A stretch of DNA of 64,000 nucleotides. Origin: an uncultured Gemmatimonadales bacterium (GTDB lineage: Bacteria; Gemmatimonadota; Gemmatimonadetes; Gemmatimonadales; Gemmatimonadaceae). Location: assembly GCA_963707505.1 (NCBI GenBank), contig CAVPQB010000003.1, forward strand, positions 256,001 to 320,000. Direction: 5' to 3'. This document shows, one piece after another, positions 59,854 through 64,000 of the stretch (its first letter is position 1; each line of letters starts with the position of its first letter). Below the pieces are notes generated by a model. It did not search any database. It saw nothing but the letters and a program-made list of their open reading frames with translations, and had not been told where the DNA came from. The position numbers were made by a program, and so were the translations under genes.

Positions 59854-59868
59854 GCATGGTGCGGGCCA
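59854..59868 (-). promoter_or_regulatory. Putative sigma54 promoter of the hydrolase gene
   Basis: TGGCCCGCACCATGC (GG-N10-GC). Confidence 0.55.
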
Positions 59869-59891
59869 AAGAGATCGGGAAGGCGGGATAG

Positions 59892-62800
59892 CTACGCCGT
59901 CGAATTCATCGCGTCATTCGTGGCAATCGCACCATCCACTGCGTCAGCAGCTGGAAATCCGCGCTGCAGCGTAAGTGTGAAGACCGATCCGATTCCTACA
60001 TTGCTCTCCACAGTAACGTCGCCACCCATTGCGTGGGCGAGTGATCGACTGATCGCGAGACCGAGCCCGACGCCTTCCGCACTGCGCGTAAGCGATGTAT
60101 CGACCTGGACGAATGGCTCGAAGATCGCCGTCAGTTGAGCGCTGGGAACCCCAACGCCAGTATCACCCACGTGTATCGCCACCAAATCATCGGTCACATC
60201 ACAGGTCACTTCGACGCTGCCGCCTGCCTTCGTGAACTTGAGTGCGTTGCTCAACAGGTTGAGAAGAATCTGACGTATCTTGTCAGCGTCCCCGCGCACC
60301 ATGAGCCTCTGACCATCGATGCCATTCGGCCGGCACACCTCGTAGCGCAGTCCGGCGCGCTCCATCTGCAGCGCCATCATCTCTCGAACACCCAGTAGCG
60401 ATTCGCTGACGTCCACGTCGCTATGTGCGAGGGAGACCGCACCGGCCTCGAGCTTGGCATAGTTCAGGATCTCATTGATCAGCCCCATGAGATGTTCCTG
60501 ACTGCGCGTGATCCGGACGAGATCGGCGTGTTGCGCCGTCGTCACGGGCCCGCGAATACCCATGTCGATGAGCTGCGCGTACCCAGCAATCGCATTGAGC
60601 GGAGTTCGCAGCTCGTGGCTCATGGTGGCGAGGAAGTCAGCTTTCGCGCGGTTGCTCGCCAGTGCCTCGATCGTTTTTCCGCGCAGCTCGACGCTGGTCG
60701 CTTCCAACTCGTCGGCTCTGGCCACGAGCTCGGCGTTGACGCGTGTCAACTGCACGCCGGCGGTCTTGCGCTCGGTGATGTCCTCGATGGCCATGAGGAT
60801 CAGTGGCGGCCCGTTGTCCTGCGAGCCGATGCGCCGTGCATTCAGCAGCATCGTTCGTTGACCACGGGTCGCGAATTCGTGCTCGACTTCGACGTCATCG
60901 AATGGCTCGCCGGTACGAAGCACGCGCTCCAGCAGAATTCGAAGACTCGGGATGTTCCACTCACCACCCGCGAACTCGAACAGACTGCGCGTCGTCGTGT
61001 CGCCGGCAGAGACACCAAAGCTATCATAGAAAGCATGGTTCGCGCTGACGACGCAGAGGTTCCCGTCCAGCACGAGCAACGGCTCGCGCACCGTCTGCAC
61101 TATCGCCTCGGCGAACCTTCGTGCGTCGTCCAGTTGCTCGGCTGCGCGCTTGCGGGCATCTATGTCGTGGTAGACGATGACGGCTCCGTCGATCTTGTTA
61201 TCCAGAGTGCGATACGGACGGATGTGCATCATGTACCAGTGACCTGTGCGATCGCGCACTTCACGCTCCGTCACCTCCAGAGTGTCGATCACGTGGCTGA
61301 TGAGCGTTTCGATGTTTCCGACATCTATGTTCGATCTCAGGTCACCGATGGGGCGCCCGATGTCCGTCTGAATGACGTTCATCATGCGCTCGGCTCCCGC
61401 GGTAAATCGCCGGATGTGCAGATCAGTTCCAACCATGATCACGGGGACGTGCATCGCACTCAGGAGGTTCTTGAGATCGTCGTTGAGATGATCAGCTTCC
61501 GTATTCCGGCCGCGCAACTCGTCATTGAGCGTGATCAGCTCTTCGTTGAGCGATTGAAGCTCCTCCTTCGAGGTTTCGATCTCTTCGTTCGTACTCTGGA
61601 GCTCTTCGTTGCTGGACTGGATCTGCTCATTGGCCGCCTGGAAATCCTCAACGACTGACGCATGCTCGTCAGCCACGCTCTGGAGGTGCCGCTTCGCGGC
61701 CTCGAGTTCCTGGCGCAGCTCACCGAGCTCAGTTGCGTTGTCCTCCAATTTCCGTTCTGCGATACTGGCGCGGCGGCCGCGCCTGGCGCCACTGCCCTTG
61801 TTCGTCGCGGGGGGCTGCCCACCGGCATCATCGGCCGATGGACGCGTTCCGTCCGCACGACTTTCCTCAAACGAGATGATGAAGAACTTTGCATCGGATC
61901 CCGTGACTCGAAACGGTCGCACGTCGAGGCTGACGTGTTCGACGTGCTTTCCTTGGTGGAACGACACACCCTCGACGCGCGCCGGTCGTGCTTCGTTTCG
62001 AGCGATCTCCAGCACCATGCGCAGCTCGGTGGCCAATTCGGACTTCACCATGTTCAGCAACTGAAAGCTCGCGGTGCCAGCGGCCGGCTCGATGTACCTC
62101 CCCGTGCGACCCCGGAACTGCAGGATTCGCAATTGATCGTCCACCACGACTGCGGCTGGCGCATAGCTCCCGAGCACGATCTGATCTGCGGCGCGCTGTA
62201 TGTCCGGAGACGGGGCAGCTGCGGATGAGCCGGCCGGATCTTCCACGTTCTGTGATCGCCTGATACCGGCGGCGGTCGCGCTGGCGCGATCCTGAATCAA
62301 TGATCGGGTCGGATGTGCCGGACGAACGGCCAGGTGCAATGGCTGCACTGGGCCGGGGCTGCGTGTGTACACGCGCAGCTTCTTGTCGATCGCAGTAAAC
62401 AGTGTCGGAGCAGTGCTCACCGATTCCGACGTTCCGAGCACGAGTATGCCGCCGGGCCGGAGCGCGTAATGGAAGACCGACAGCAGTCTGGTGTGTGCGT
62501 TCGGCTGCAGATAGATGAGAACGTTACGGCAGCTGACGATGTCCAGGTGAGAGAACGGCGGATCCGCGGTTATGTTCTGGACCGCGAAAACACAGCAATC
62601 CCGCACAGCCTTCGTGACGCAATAGCCAGTATCTTCCTTCCTGAAGAAGCGACTCAGCCGCTCTGGCGTGACATCCGCCTCGATGCCTCGTGTATACATC
62701 CCCGTGCGCGCGGCGGTGATCGCGGCCGCATTCAGGTCGGTTGCAAAAATCTGGATCGGGGTGTCGAGCGAATGGGCTTCCAGCAGCTCGAGAAGACAGA

Positions 62801-63957
62801 TGGCAAACGAATATGCTTCCTCGCCGGTTGAACATCCCGCTATCCACACACGTATTGGAGGGTCATCGCGAATGGAATCCGCCCGCGTACGTTTGTCCTC
62901 TGCCATTCGCCGCGCCATGAAGTCCGGTAGGACTGTACCCGACAGCGCGTTGAACAAGTCCGGATCGCGGAAAAACCGTGTTACTCCGATGAGGAGATCG
63001 TTGTACAACGTGCTCAACTCCTCGCCATCCTTGCGTAGCAGCTCCGCGTAGCGTCCGACGGTGTCGATCCTGCGAAGAGCCATGCGTCGCTGAATTCGTC
63101 GCTCGACCGTCCCCATCTTGTACAGGTCGAAATCGACACCGAATTGACTCTTGAGATCCGCGCAAATGCTCGCCAAGGCGTCGCTATTCGTACCGGTGTC
63201 CGCGCCGCTACGGGACACGCTGCGGTCGTGGGGTTGGGTGTCCAGTTCGTGATTTGTTTCAGCCGCGTGATCCAGTGAGCCGTCGCCGGAATGCGGACGT
63301 AAGTATGGATTGCGTCCCAGTCGCGCGATGTGGGTCGCGATCTCTGCCGGCGCGCGCAATGATGTCGATACACGCTGTTGCGATTGCCGATCGCGGCATC
63401 CCCTCGGCGGTTGCCGTTGCGGGATCCTGCGCAAACGCGATCCCGCCCGCGCCTCGTATTGCGCGAACACCGAGCGCACCATCGGAGCCCGTGCCAGAAA
63501 GGATCACGCCGATGGTCCTGCTTTCCTGCACTTCAGCGAGCGAGCGGAAGAATGCGTCGATCGGCAATGGGGGGCGGTCGTCCGGATCTCTCGGCACCAA
63601 CTTCAGATGGCCGTCCGTGAACGTCATCTTGGTATCCGGCGCGATCACGTACGCGTGATTGGCTTCGACACGATCGCCGTTCGCCGCCTGATGTACCGGC
63701 ATCGTCGCTTGCCGCGCGAGCAATTCAGCCAGGATGCTTCCGTGCGTCGGACTGAGGTGCTGTACCACTACATACGCAAGCGCGGTATCTGCTGGAACGT
63801 TCCGAAAAAACTCGGACAGGGCTTCGAGGCCGCCCGCGGACGCACCAATACCGACGACCGTTACGGGCGAACTGCGCACTGATTCACGCTCGGTCGATTC
63901 AGTCGATGCCGATTCGGTCGTGTCCGCCGACGGAATCGGCACCCCGTCAGAAACCAT
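59892..63957 (-). CDS. CheB-CheR-PAS-histidine kinase fusion (frameshift near 63355)
   Basis: CheB GASAGG/QHL/GTGSDG; CheR IGVTRFFRD, GCSTGEEAYS, SCRNVLIY; SNEELQSTNEE coiled coil; PAS; SHELRTPL, NLLSNALKFT, DTGVG, GLGL. Confidence 0.92.
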
Positions 63958-64000
63958 TACAGCTCGGCCATCACGTCGCTGCGGTGCTCAACCAAATGTT

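Noticed and set aside
63957..64000. 3' end of an upstream minus-strand CDS (TAATG overlap with cheBR)
   Set aside because: Only ~13 codons are visible, too few to identify.

Overview
High-GC bacterial chromosomal segment. Gene content and order (ffs-dnaX-ybaB-recR-mglB-mglA-pgsA-cinA-grpE-dnaJ, bshB1, a TolC/MFP/ABC exporter) suggest Gemmatimonadota; this is an inference. It holds about 55 CDS and one SRP RNA. I found no tRNA, rRNA, CRISPR array, transposase or prophage gene. Several conserved genes are broken by single-base indels (aldehyde dehydrogenase, recR, dnaX, sigma54 activator, ClC, cheBR), which looks like unpolished long-read error. Best leads: (1) a stand-alone HisKA/DHp protein next to a sigma54 activator whose HTH is replaced by a Lys-rich tail, at the end of a glycolytic operon, plus six correctly spaced -24/-12 motifs in the window, two of them preceded by 12-13 nt tandem arrays; (2) an arsR - arsM::arsN2 fusion - lplA unit with two ArsR operators, which may link arsenic resistance to lipoyl salvage; (3) an ECF sigma / CBM48-like anti-sigma / outer-membrane CBM48-like four-gene module; (4) a degenerate double-retropepsin module fused to a cation:proton antiporter; (5) a double-barrel OmpA with a 26-Pro linker, a pseudokinase-kinase, a pseudo-GT2 with a HEAT partner, and orphan norQD.
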